IMG/VR virus record: IMGVR_UViG_3300032155_000021
Span: 1 to 32,211 of that record
Source: a virus
Taxonomy: Duplodnaviria; Caudoviricetes
DNA length: 32,211 nt
Direction: 5' to 3' (one strand)
Each line of letters opens with the position of its first letter. Position 1 is the first letter of the stretch. A program made the position numbers and the translations under genes. Positions 1 to 7,053 of this stretch are shown one piece after another. The notes under the pieces are model-generated. The model did not search any database. It was not told the DNA's origin and saw only the letters and a list, made by a program, of their open reading frames with translations.

Positions 1-222
1 ATGCTCACATTAAATGAGATTTGCGCGGTGCTTGGCTGCTCGAAGCCTGCCGCCTCGCTGCTCAAGAATGGGAAATACGACAGGAACGGAGATTTGGTGA
101 AGCGATACCAGGCCCTCATGGAGGCCATGGACAAGGGGCGCGAAACCCCGCTGGACCAAATCTGCATCGAATGCCCCCGACAGAACTGCGAAGGCTGCAG
201 GGTGGCGGAACTCAGGGGATAA
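1..222 (+). CDS. Small putative HTH DNA-binding protein with C-terminal Cys cluster
   Basis: N-terminus LTLNEICAVLGCSKPAASLL is HTH-like; C-terminus has CIECPRQNCEGC (CxxC-x4-CxxC). Starts at the window edge. Confidence 0.55.
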   Translation: MLTLNEICAVLGCSKPAASLLKNGKYDRNGDLVKRYQALMEAMDKGRETPLDQICIECPRQNCEGCRVAELRG

Positions 223-246
223 CCCGCAACAGTCAAGGAGAATCAC

Positions 247-486
247 ATGCTGCAGAGAACCGATACCGGACGCAGAACAGGGAACCAGGCTTTCACCGCC
301 ATGCCGAACGGACCGATCTCCGGCGAGGCGCACCGGCTTGGCGTGGAACTCAAGATTCTGGCGCAGAAGGCCGGAAGCGCCCACAAGGAGCTGGTGATCA
401 TGGGAAACAACATGCTGGCGCTTGCCGAGCGGATTGAAGGCTTGGAGGGCGCAACGCTGAAACACTTTGAAGGGAGCGAAAGATGA
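247..486 (+). CDS. Hypothetical phage protein
   Basis: AAGGAG RBS upstream; stop overlaps the next start (ATGA). Confidence 0.65.
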   Translation: MLQRTDTGRRTGNQAFTAMPNGPISGEAHRLGVELKILAQKAGSAHKELVIMGNNMLALAERIEGLEGATLKHFEGSER

Positions 487-995
487 GCAAGCGGATCAAG
501 CCGCAGAGCGAGATCATCACCACGGTCGAGCAGGCAAAGGTTGCAATGGCCGAACTGGCGGAGATCGAGCGCAGCCTCGCCGCCATCGAGGCGGACATGA
601 ACGAGAACATCGACATCGTGAAACGCAATGCGGACGCCGAAGCGGCTCCGCACCAGGAGCGCAAAAAGGCCCTGGCGACGGCGCTGAACGGATTCGCCGA
701 GGTGAACAGGGGTGAACTGTTCACCAAGCGCAAGAGCCTGGAACTGCCTCATGGGGTGATCGGGTTCAGGCAATCCACGAGCATCGTGGCCAAGGCCAAG
801 GTCAAGATGGCCCAGGTTCTTGAGAGGCTCAAGGACTTGGGTTGGAGCGAAGCCATCAAGACCTCGGAGACCGTGAACAAGGAAGCCATGCGCGAATGGG
901 CGGACGGCAAGCTGGAAGCCGTCGGCATGGAGCGCAAGACCAAGGACCAGTTCTACATCGAAGTATCCGCCGAAGCCCTCAAGGGCGAAGCGTAA
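483..995 (+). CDS. gam: Mu Gam-like host-nuclease inhibitor (DNA end-binding)
   Basis: 170 aa, coiled-coil N-half, KRKSLELPHGVIGFRQS and ETVNKEAM motifs typical of Mu Gam; position in the early region. Confidence 0.85.
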   Translation: MSKRIKPQSEIITTVEQAKVAMAELAEIERSLAAIEADMNENIDIVKRNADAEAAPHQERKKALATALNGFAEVNRGELFTKRKSLELPHGVIGFRQSTSIVAKAKVKMAQVLERLKDLGWSEAIKTSETVNKEAMREWADGKLEAVGMERKTKDQFYIEVSAEALKGEA

Positions 996-1015
996 CAACC
1001 ACAAGGAGAAAAGGA

Positions 1016-1294
1016 ATGTCTCTCACCAAAAGCGAAATCGTTCAGGCCGTAGCCGACAAGTCGGGACTGACCAAGACCCAGGCCACAGGGATCGTCGACA
1101 CCGTGCTGCGCACCATGGTCGACGGGCTGCGCTCCGGCGAGTCCGTCAACCTCCGCCACTTCGGCACCTTCAAGCCGGTGACGCGCAAGGCCCGCGAGGG
1201 TCGCAACCCCCAGACCGGCGAGCCGGTCATGATTCCGGAGCGCCAGGCCGTGAAGTTCAAGCCGTCCAAGTCGCTGCTCATGGATGAACTGTAA
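1016..1294 (+). CDS. HU/IHF-family DNA-binding protein
   Basis: MSLTKSEIVQAVADKSGLTK...FGTFKPVTRKAREGRNPQTGEPVMIPERQAVKFKPSK is the HU signature; RBS upstream of ATG 1016. Confidence 0.93.
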   Translation: MSLTKSEIVQAVADKSGLTKTQATGIVDTVLRTMVDGLRSGESVNLRHFGTFKPVTRKAREGRNPQTGEPVMIPERQAVKFKPSKSLLMDEL

Positions 1295-1360
1295 GGCGAA
1301 ACCGCCCTGCGGGGCGGTCGTCCCGGCCAATCGGCAACCGGGGCCTGATGAGCCAGCCGA
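1295..1360 (+). ncRNA. Predicted type II hammerhead ribozyme 1 (cleavage after C1319)
   Basis: GGC-GAAA-CCGCCC(TGCG)GGGCGG-TC-GTCCCGG(11 nt)CCGGGGC-CTGATGA-GCC: full catalytic core with stems III, I and II. Loop-I TCGGC (1331-1335) is complementary to GCCGA (1356-1360), a potential pseudoknot. Confidence 0.85.
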
Positions 1361-1373
1361 AAGGAGAAAACCG

Positions 1374-2402
1374 ATGGAAGAGAAGATTATGGATGCAATT
1401 GGCGTGGTGTTTACCGGGTCGGACAGCGACGGCGGCCTGTGGGCGCGTATCGACGCTGACGGGAATGTGGTTCCCGATCCCGGCCAGGCGTTTTTCGACA
1501 CCCGTTCCGTCTGGGGCGGCATCAAGGATGTCGTGATCGACGGGCAGCACATGGTGCTTATTCCCGCGTTCTACATCAAGCGGACCCGGCTGACGGCCGG
1601 AGAGTATGCTGGCAAGCATGCCTGGCTGATCAGTGACAAGCCTCTGGACGGGTTTTCCATCCATCCGGCCTTCCGTCGTGATGGTGGCGACTTGCAGCAG
1701 GTGTTCGTCGGCAAGTACCAGGCCAGCATGGACGGCTCCAAGCTCTCTTCCGTTCCCGGAGTCAAGCCCGCTGTCAGCCGGAGCCTGACGCAGTTCCAGG
1801 CCGATGCCGCCGCGCGCAACGAGGGCGATGTTGAAGGCTTCATGCTCTGGAGCGCTTACCAGTGGTCCGCGATCCAGTGGCTCTACCTGGTGGAGAACGC
1901 CACCATGGACAGCCAGAGCAAGACCGGTCGCGGCCGCGTGGACGCCTGGGGCAAGGGTGCGGCGGAGGTTGACGCCGAGGATGTGGCGCAGGCCACCTAT
2001 CGCGGAATCGTCGGCCTCTGGGGCAACGTCTGGCAGTGGATGGATGGACTGAAAACGATCTCCGGCGTGATCAACCTCTGGGACCGCGAAGGCAACCAGA
2101 CCTGGGTGAATACCGGGCAAACCCCGCCGAACATGAATAACTACACGTATCCTGTGACGTTCATGGACGCCAGCGGAAGTGGCTACGACATGGACGACGT
2201 GTTTATCGGCAAGACCGGTCCCACCAGCAACTCCGGCGCGACGGCCCCGGACTATCAGTACTGGAACAATTCCGCCGAGTCCTTCCCGTTCGTGGGCGGC
2301 GGCTGGAGCTACGGCGCGGATGCGGGGCTGTGGAACGTCTACTGCAGCAACGCGGCGTCGGACTCGTACACGAGCCTCGGTGCGCGCCTGGCGAAGGAGT
2401 AA
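1374..2402 (+). CDS. Remote DGR target protein A (342 aa; C-type-lectin/FGE-like fold predicted; homolog of the tail adhesin C-terminal part)
   Basis: AAGGAG at 1361-1366. Motifs FVGKYQAS, GIVGLWGNVWQW, VGGGW...LGARLAK; C-terminal VR matches the TR. Confidence 0.9.
   Translation: MEEKIMDAIGVVFTGSDSDGGLWARIDADGNVVPDPGQAFFDTRSVWGGIKDVVIDGQHMVLIPAFYIKRTRLTAGEYAGKHAWLISDKPLDGFSIHPAFRRDGGDLQQVFVGKYQASMDGSKLSSVPGVKPAVSRSLTQFQADAAARNEGDVEGFMLWSAYQWSAIQWLYLVENATMDSQSKTGRGRVDAWGKGAAEVDAEDVAQATYRGIVGLWGNVWQWMDGLKTISGVINLWDREGNQTWVNTGQTPPNMNNYTYPVTFMDASGSGYDMDDVFIGKTGPTSNSGATAPDYQYWNNSAESFPFVGGGWSYGADAGLWNVYCSNAASDSYTSLGARLAKE
2276..2395 (+). repeat. DGR variable repeat VR-A
   Basis: 120-bp ungapped match to TR 30332-30451 with 12 mismatches, all at TR adenines. 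Confidence 0.95.
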
Positions 2403-2429
2403 TGTGTCTTGCCCCTTGGGTCATGCTGT

Positions 2430-2447
2430 GGCGGGCGAAAGCCCGCC
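2430..2447 (+). promoter_or_regulatory. DGR target-recognition hairpin after VR-A
   Basis: GGCGGGC-GAAA-GCCCGCC, starting 35 nt after the VR end. Confidence 0.8.
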
Positions 2448-2455
2448 TGTTGAAA

Positions 2456-2520
2456 GCGAAACCGCCCTGCGGGGCGGTCGTCCCGGCCAATCGGCAACCG
2501 GGGCCTGATGAGCCAGCCGA
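2456..2520 (+). ncRNA. Predicted type II hammerhead ribozyme 2 (cleavage after C2479)
   Basis: Same sequence as ribozyme 1 from GCGAAA onward; stem II is 2 bp plus the potential pseudoknot. Confidence 0.82.
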
Positions 2521-2533
2521 AAGGAGAAAACCG

Positions 2534-3562
2534 ATGGAAGAGAAGATTATGGATGCAATTGGCGTGGTGTTTACCGGGTCGGACAGCGACGGCGGCCTGT
2601 GGGCGCGTATCGACGCTGACGGGAATGTGGTTCCCGATCCCGGCCAGGCGTTTTTCGACACCCGTTCCGTCTGGGGCGGCATCAAGGATGTCGTGATCGA
2701 CGGGCAGCACATGGTGCTTATTCCCGCGTTCTACATCAAGCGGACCCGGCTGACGGCCGGAGAGTATGCTGGCAAGCATGCCTGGCTGATCAGTGACAAG
2801 CCTCTGGACGGGTTTTCCATCCATCCGGCCTTCCGTCGTGATGGTGGCGACTTGCAGCAGGTGTTCGTCGGCAAGTACCAGGCCAGCATGGACGGCTCCA
2901 AGCTCTCTTCCGTTCCCGGAGTCAAGCCCGCTGTCAGCCGGAGCCTGACGCAGTTCCAGGCCGATGCCGCCGCGCGCAACGAGGGCGATGTTGAAGGCTT
3001 CATGCTCTGGAGCGCTTACCAGTGGTCCGCGATCCAGTGGCTCTACCTGGTGGAGAACGCCACCATGGACAGCCAGAGCAAGACCGGTCGCGGCCGCGTG
3101 GACGCCTGGGGCAAGGGTGCGGCGGAGGTTGACGCCGAGGATGTGGCGCAGGCCACCTATCGAGGGATCGTCGGCCTCTGGGGCAACGTCTGGCAGTGGA
3201 TCGACGGGCTCAAGACCGATGATGGCGAAATCTGCCTCTGGGACCGCAACGGCCGCAAGACATGGGTCGAGGCCGGCCAGATTTCCGACTCCATTGACGA
3301 CGCTGTTTATCCGGTGACCTTCATGGACGAGAGGACGAACGAATATGACCTCGGCGACCTCTTTATCGTGGACTTCGGCGCTGATGAGCAGAGCGAGTCC
3401 ACGGCTCCCGATTGGCAGTATTGGGACAGCTATCGCGGGTACTTCCCGATCGTGGGCGGCGGCTGGGGCGCCGGCGCGCATGCGGGGCTGTGGTACGTCT
3501 ACTGCAACTACGCGGCGTCGACCTCGTACACGTCCCTCGGTGCGCGCCTGGCGAAGGAGTAA
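2534..3562 (+). CDS. Remote DGR target protein B (342 aa; paralog of A)
   Basis: AAGGAG at 2521-2526. N-terminal ~220 aa identical to A, then a divergent acidic segment, then a C-terminal VR matching the TR. Confidence 0.9.
   Translation: MEEKIMDAIGVVFTGSDSDGGLWARIDADGNVVPDPGQAFFDTRSVWGGIKDVVIDGQHMVLIPAFYIKRTRLTAGEYAGKHAWLISDKPLDGFSIHPAFRRDGGDLQQVFVGKYQASMDGSKLSSVPGVKPAVSRSLTQFQADAAARNEGDVEGFMLWSAYQWSAIQWLYLVENATMDSQSKTGRGRVDAWGKGAAEVDAEDVAQATYRGIVGLWGNVWQWIDGLKTDDGEICLWDRNGRKTWVEAGQISDSIDDAVYPVTFMDERTNEYDLGDLFIVDFGADEQSESTAPDWQYWDSYRGYFPIVGGGWGAGAHAGLWYVYCNYAASTSYTSLGARLAKE
3436..3555 (+). repeat. DGR variable repeat VR-B
   Basis: 120-bp ungapped match to the TR with 15 mismatches, all at TR adenines. 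Confidence 0.95.
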
Positions 3563-3589
3563 TGTGTTTTGACCCTCGGGTCATGATGT

Positions 3590-3607
3590 GGCGGGCGAAA
3601 GCCCGCC
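3590..3607 (+). promoter_or_regulatory. DGR target-recognition hairpin after VR-B
   Basis: GGCGGGC-GAAA-GCCCGCC, starting 35 nt after the VR end. Confidence 0.8.
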
Positions 3608-3615
3608 TGTTGAAA

Positions 3616-3680
3616 GCGAAACCGCCCCGCGCGGGCGGTCGTTCCGGGGAGACGGCGACCGGGGCCTGATGAGCCAGCCG
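3616..3680 (+). ncRNA. Predicted type II hammerhead ribozyme 3 (cleavage after C3640)
   Basis: GC-GAAA-CCGCCC(CGCGC)GGGCGG-TC-GTTCCGG(GGAGACGGCGA)CCGGGGC-CTGATGA-GC. Differences from copies 1/2 are confined to loops plus one C-G to U-G change; loop CGGC can still pair with downstream GCCG. Confidence 0.82.
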
Positions 3681-3718
3681 AATGAAAACGAAATGCCGCA
3701 AGGCGGCTTGGGAGAAAC

Positions 3719-3952
3719 ATGCAGATAACGCACCCGCAGACTTTGGTGGCCGCGATGCTCCCGTGGCAGGTGAGGACGTGGGTATGTCTGGTCGCGCTCC
3801 TGTTCGGGGCTGTGAAGAGTTCCGGGATGCCCTTGGCTCTCGCCCTTTGTGTGGACTGCATAGCTCTGCTGGTCATGATCCAGGCTGACGACAAGGTGAC
3901 CCTCGCCGTGTTCGCGTTGACGATGATCGGCGCTTGCTCCTTGAGGCCGTAG
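3719..3952 (+). CDS. Small hydrophobic (membrane) hypothetical protein
   Basis: GGAGA RBS; 77 aa with 2-3 hydrophobic stretches. Confidence 0.55.
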   Translation: MQITHPQTLVAAMLPWQVRTWVCLVALLFGAVKSSGMPLALALCVDCIALLVMIQADDKVTLAVFALTMIGACSLRP

Positions 3953-3971
3953 CCTGGGCGCGGAGGAATCA

Positions 3972-4145
3972 ATGACCCAGGACGAGAAGAAGCACGAACT
4001 GCGCAAGGCTCTTGCCGACTTTTTTACGAACCCGGCGGTACTTGCGATGTGGCGCGGCCACATCAAGCGCAAAGGTCTGAGCCCGGAAGACGCCGAAGAG
4101 GTTGTCGGATGGCTGAAACTCTGGGCGAATGGAGGTGGTAAATGA
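3972..4145 (+). CDS. Small hypothetical protein (57 aa; not in the ORF track)
   Basis: GGAGG RBS; MTQDEKKHELRKALADFFTNPAVLAMWRGHIKRKGLSPEDAEEVVGWLKLWANGGGK; TGA overlaps the next ATG (ATGA). Confidence 0.7.
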   Translation: MTQDEKKHELRKALADFFTNPAVLAMWRGHIKRKGLSPEDAEEVVGWLKLWANGGGK

Positions 4146-4582
4146 AAAAGAAGCCGATAACGCCGCGCAGGCGAACCCTGCTCCATATAGCACACAAGGC
4201 TGCGGACCAGCTTGGATGGGACGACGACATGCGCCGTTCCATTCAGGAAACGCATACCGGGCATAGTTCATGCCGGGATATGAGCGACGCACAGCTGGCC
4301 AGATGGTGTTGGAAGCTCAAGGACATGGGCGCGGACATCTACGTTCCTGATCCGGCTCCGCGCGGCGGGCAAGACCTGACGAAGCCGACCACTCGGCAGC
4401 TCGCCCAGATTGAACAGCTCGCTTTTGAGCGCGGATGGGAGGACGGGCTGAATGATGGACGTCTGCGTGGGTTCATCAAGCGCACGGCTGGCGTCGACGA
4501 TGTCACCTTTGCCAGCAGGAAGCAGGCAACCGACATCATCTCCGGCCTACGGCGCTGGAAAAAGCAAGAGGAGTCCAAGTGA
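4142..4582 (+). CDS. gemA: Mu GemA/gp16-like regulatory protein (DUF1018-like)
   Basis: LHIAHKAADQLGWDDDMRRSIQETHTGHSSCRDMSDAQL pattern; located just before the Mor-like gene as in Mu-like phages. Confidence 0.75.
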   Translation: MKKKPITPRRRTLLHIAHKAADQLGWDDDMRRSIQETHTGHSSCRDMSDAQLARWCWKLKDMGADIYVPDPAPRGGQDLTKPTTRQLAQIEQLAFERGWEDGLNDGRLRGFIKRTAGVDDVTFASRKQATDIISGLRRWKKQEESK

Positions 4583-5067
4583 TCGAACAGAAGCTGAACA
4601 CGGAACACGCGCAGAAGCTGGAAGAGCTACTTCCCGCGAGCGTGAGGGAGCTGGCCGAGCATATCGGCCTGGACTTCGCCTTGCGCGTCGTGGAGAAGCT
4701 CGGCGGAACCACGCTGGACGTGCCGAAGGGAGACATTCCCGCTGGCATCGCCCGCATAGAGTGGCTCGGCGAGGTTCTTGGCGAGGATGTCGCCGCAGTT
4801 TTCGTGCGCCACTATGGCGGCAGTCGCGGGTTCTATATCCCGCGCTGCCAGGCGGCCGTCGCGGCCATGCAGGACTTGTCGATCCAGAAGCGCTTCGACG
4901 GCCTTTCTGAGCAAGGGCTGTCGGCCCGTACGATCGTGGCCATGCTGGCTGTAGAGTTCAGCCTGACCGACAAGACCATCTGGCGCGCCCTGACGAGGGT
5001 TCCCGGCGGCGAAAAGAAGGACGGCGGCAGGGCGCAGCAGATTGGCCAGCTGCCCTTGCCTCTGTGA
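4579..5067 (+). CDS. Mor/C-family transcription activator
   Basis: GTG start. LPASVRELAEHIG...LGGTTLDVPKG...YGGSRGFYIPRC and C-terminal HTH (LAVEFSLTDKTIWRAL). Confidence 0.8.
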   Translation: MIEQKLNTEHAQKLEELLPASVRELAEHIGLDFALRVVEKLGGTTLDVPKGDIPAGIARIEWLGEVLGEDVAAVFVRHYGGSRGFYIPRCQAAVAAMQDLSIQKRFDGLSEQGLSARTIVAMLAVEFSLTDKTIWRALTRVPGGEKKDGGRAQQIGQLPLPL

Positions 5068-5082
5068 TGAAAGGAGTGTGAA

Positions 5083-5403
5083 GTGGACAAGGTTGTTGAC
5101 TTTAATGACTACAAGAAAGGCGTCGCCACGACCTACACCGTGAAGCCAAGGGATCGCCGGTGCGATCATCCACGGCTGCTCGTAAACGACCAAGCCCATA
5201 CCGTGAGGTGTGAAAAGTGCGGGGAGGAGGTCGACCCGTTTTGGGTTCTCCTCCAGTATGCCGACAGGCAGCGCAGAACGGAACTGCAGGCCAAGCGCTA
5301 TGAGGCAGCCTTGTCCGAGTTCCAGAAGATCAAAAGCGAGTGGAGCCTGACGCAGCGCGAGCGCAGGCGCATCGAAAAGGTCATGAGCGAAACGACCTTG
5401 TGA
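5083..5403 (+). CDS. Hypothetical protein with Zn-ribbon-like motif
   Basis: AAGGAG RBS, GTG start; CDH...VRCEKCGEEVDPF followed by a coiled coil. Confidence 0.65.
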   Translation: MDKVVDFNDYKKGVATTYTVKPRDRRCDHPRLLVNDQAHTVRCEKCGEEVDPFWVLLQYADRQRRTELQAKRYEAALSEFQKIKSEWSLTQRERRRIEKVMSETTL

Positions 5404-5463
5404 TCTGGGGATAGCTTTTCCGAGAAAAGTTCTGTATCAAAAAGCCAAGGCCAAAGCCTTATA

Positions 5464-5503
5464 TCAGCGGGAGCCGCAAGCATAGTCTTGTGGCTCCCGC
5501 TGA
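5464..5503 (+). terminator. Long stem-loop between early/middle and lysis genes (terminator-like)
   Basis: TCAGCGGGAGCCGCAAG-catagt-CTTGTGGCTCCCGCTGA: 17-bp stem with one G-U; weak U-tract. Confidence 0.5.
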
Positions 5504-5549
5504 ATGCTTTCCACGCTCACCCCGCCGCACATTGCCGTATCGTGCGGGC
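5500..5549 (+). promoter_or_regulatory. Putative activator-dependent late promoter (Plys-like)
   Basis: CTGA-N6-TCC starts 38 nt before -10-like TATCGT; ATG follows 6 nt later; no SD. Same geometry at 13196 and 24382. Confidence 0.6.
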
Positions 5550-6047
5550 ATGAAAAAGAATTACAATCCCCCCCCTCAAATTTTCGATGCCGCGTTCCTC
5601 CTGGTTGTGGCTGCCGAGGGTGGCGAGAAGGTCACGGACGACCCTCGCGACCCCGGCGGCCTGACCAAGTGGGGCATTTGCCAGCGCTCGTATCCCGATC
5701 TCGACATCCGCGCCCTGACCGAATCTGACGCGCGCGAGATTTACAGGCGGGATTATTGGGACGCTTGCAAGTGCGACGAGCTTCCCTGGCCCCTTTCCCT
5801 CTACGTCTTTGACGCCGCCATAAACCAGGGCGTATCCGCTGCCGCGCGGATGCTCCAGGAGGCGGTTGGCGCGACTGTGGACGGCAAGATCGGGCCGAAG
5901 ACTCTCGCCGCCGCAAAGTCCCACCCGGAATGGCGCGCGGTCAGGTTCATGGCTCTGCGCGCGATCCGCTACAGCCAGACGAAAAACTTCGACCGCTTCG
6001 GCATGGGCTGGCTGACGCGGATATTCGCCCTCGCCCAGGAGGTATGA
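5550..6047 (+). CDS. Endolysin, glycoside hydrolase family 108-like with peptidoglycan-binding C-terminus
   Basis: EGG..DDPRDPGGLTKWGI, FDAAINQG, VDGKIGPKTL, FGMGWLTR motifs. Confidence 0.9.
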   Translation: MKKNYNPPPQIFDAAFLLVVAAEGGEKVTDDPRDPGGLTKWGICQRSYPDLDIRALTESDAREIYRRDYWDACKCDELPWPLSLYVFDAAINQGVSAAARMLQEAVGATVDGKIGPKTLAAAKSHPEWRAVRFMALRAIRYSQTKNFDRFGMGWLTRIFALAQEV

Positions 6048-6469
6048 TGCTCCCCTTTGTTGGAGACCTGATCTCTGCCGGGGTCGACCTCATCAAGGGG
6101 TACTTCCCTCCGGATATGACTCCCGAGCAGAAGGCCGAAGCCGAGGCCAAGCTCGCACTGCTGCAGCAGCAGGCCGTGGCGCAGGCTATGTCCTTCCAGG
6201 CCGACATGGAAAACCAGCTCACCGAGCGGTTGAAGGCGGACATGAGCAGCGACAGCTGGCTGTCCAAGAACGTGCGACCTCTCGTCCTGATCTATCTGCT
6301 GGCGGCCTGGACCATCTTTGCAGGCTTCTCGCTGTATCAGCACGACGTCTCCCCGGCCTACGTGGACATGCTCAAGCAGATGCTCATGGCGGCCTTCGGG
6401 TTCTACTTTGTCTCTCGCGGGGCGGAAAAGATCACGGCCATTCTCAAGGGCGGCGGGGGCAAGAAATGA
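6044..6469 (+). CDS. Holin-like membrane protein (3TM/GTA-holin type)
   Basis: Follows the endolysin; DSWLSKNVRPL then TM segments and FYFVSRGAEK. Confidence 0.7.
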   Translation: MMLPFVGDLISAGVDLIKGYFPPDMTPEQKAEAEAKLALLQQQAVAQAMSFQADMENQLTERLKADMSSDSWLSKNVRPLVLIYLLAAWTIFAGFSLYQHDVSPAYVDMLKQMLMAAFGFYFVSRGAEKITAILKGGGGKK

Positions 6470-6750
6470 CCGAGAGACAATTGCTGTTCGCGGCAGGACT
6501 TATGGTCGCCTGGAGCGGCTTTCTCGTGGGCATACTGCGGGCGCTCGTCTCCAAGATGATCAGCGATATGGAAAATCGCCAGGCCGAACAGGCGAAGGAG
6601 CTGGCACAGATCAGACGCGAGCAGCAGTGTTGCCGATCCGAGCTGGCCATCAACTTCCAGCGCAGGGAAGACTCCATCCGCGAATACACGGCCCTGAACG
6701 TGAAGCTAGACCGGCTCTACGAGCTGATGGCCCGGAGGAACAATGAATGA
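6466..6750 (+). CDS. Membrane-anchored coiled-coil protein (Mu gp25-like position)
   Basis: N-terminal TM helix, coiled coil, overlapping start/stop with neighbours. Confidence 0.6.
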   Translation: MTERQLLFAAGLMVAWSGFLVGILRALVSKMISDMENRQAEQAKELAQIRREQQCCRSELAINFQRREDSIREYTALNVKLDRLYELMARRNNE

Positions 6751-7048
6751 GTTTGTAGACATCGCCAGGGCGGAACGGGAGACCCTCCGCTGGGTGCTTC
6801 TCTACGCGCTGTGGCATGCGCGCCCCTATGGCACCACGGAAATGGTGCTTATGAGGACCGCCCAGGACGTCCCGCTGGCGGTGACTCCCGACCTGGTCCG
6901 GCAGGAGCTTGCAAGTCTGGAAAAGCGCAAGCTGCTGACGATCACCAAGGGGCCTGTCTGGAAAGCCGAGCTGACCGCCGACGGTGAGGACGTGGTGGAC
7001 CACCGCGCGCCGTGTCCCGCAGGCGTCGCAAGACCCCCCAAGTGGTAA
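6743..7048 (+). CDS. Mu gp26-like protein
   Basis: RETLRWVLLYAL...VRQELASLEKRKLL...LTADGEDVVD...GVARP pattern and synteny. Confidence 0.65.
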   Translation: MNEFVDIARAERETLRWVLLYALWHARPYGTTEMVLMRTAQDVPLAVTPDLVRQELASLEKRKLLTITKGPVWKAELTADGEDVVDHRAPCPAGVARPPKW

Positions 7049-7053
7049 GCGGC

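Larger units (their letters stand above)
1296..3680 (+). repeat. Tandem ~1160-bp duplication (ribozyme + target gene + hairpin) closed by a third ribozyme copy
   Basis: 1296-2002 appears identical to 2456-3162; the copies then diverge and reconverge at VR/hairpin; third ribozyme at 3616-3680. Confidence 0.95.

Noticed and set aside
2330-2533. In-frame upstream ATGs (1284; 2330/2402/2423) that would extend targets A and B through the ribozymes
   Set aside because: Well-spaced AAGGAG supports 1374 and 2534, adhesin homology begins there, and short open frames are expected by chance at this GC content. Coupled read-through is not fully excluded.
3381-3388. Additional CTGATGAG (and CTGATGA near 28148)
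   Set aside because: Inside coding sequence, and I could not find the GAAA/stem III/UH arrangement, so not hammerheads.
1295-3680. CRISPR array or REP/terminator reading of the three intergenic repeats
   Set aside because: Spacing is 1160 bp with genes between, there are no cas genes or U-tracts, and the hammerhead core explains the conserved bases better.
3682-3888. 68-aa ORF starting right after ribozyme 3
   Set aside because: No SD; overlaps the better-supported ORF 3719-3952.
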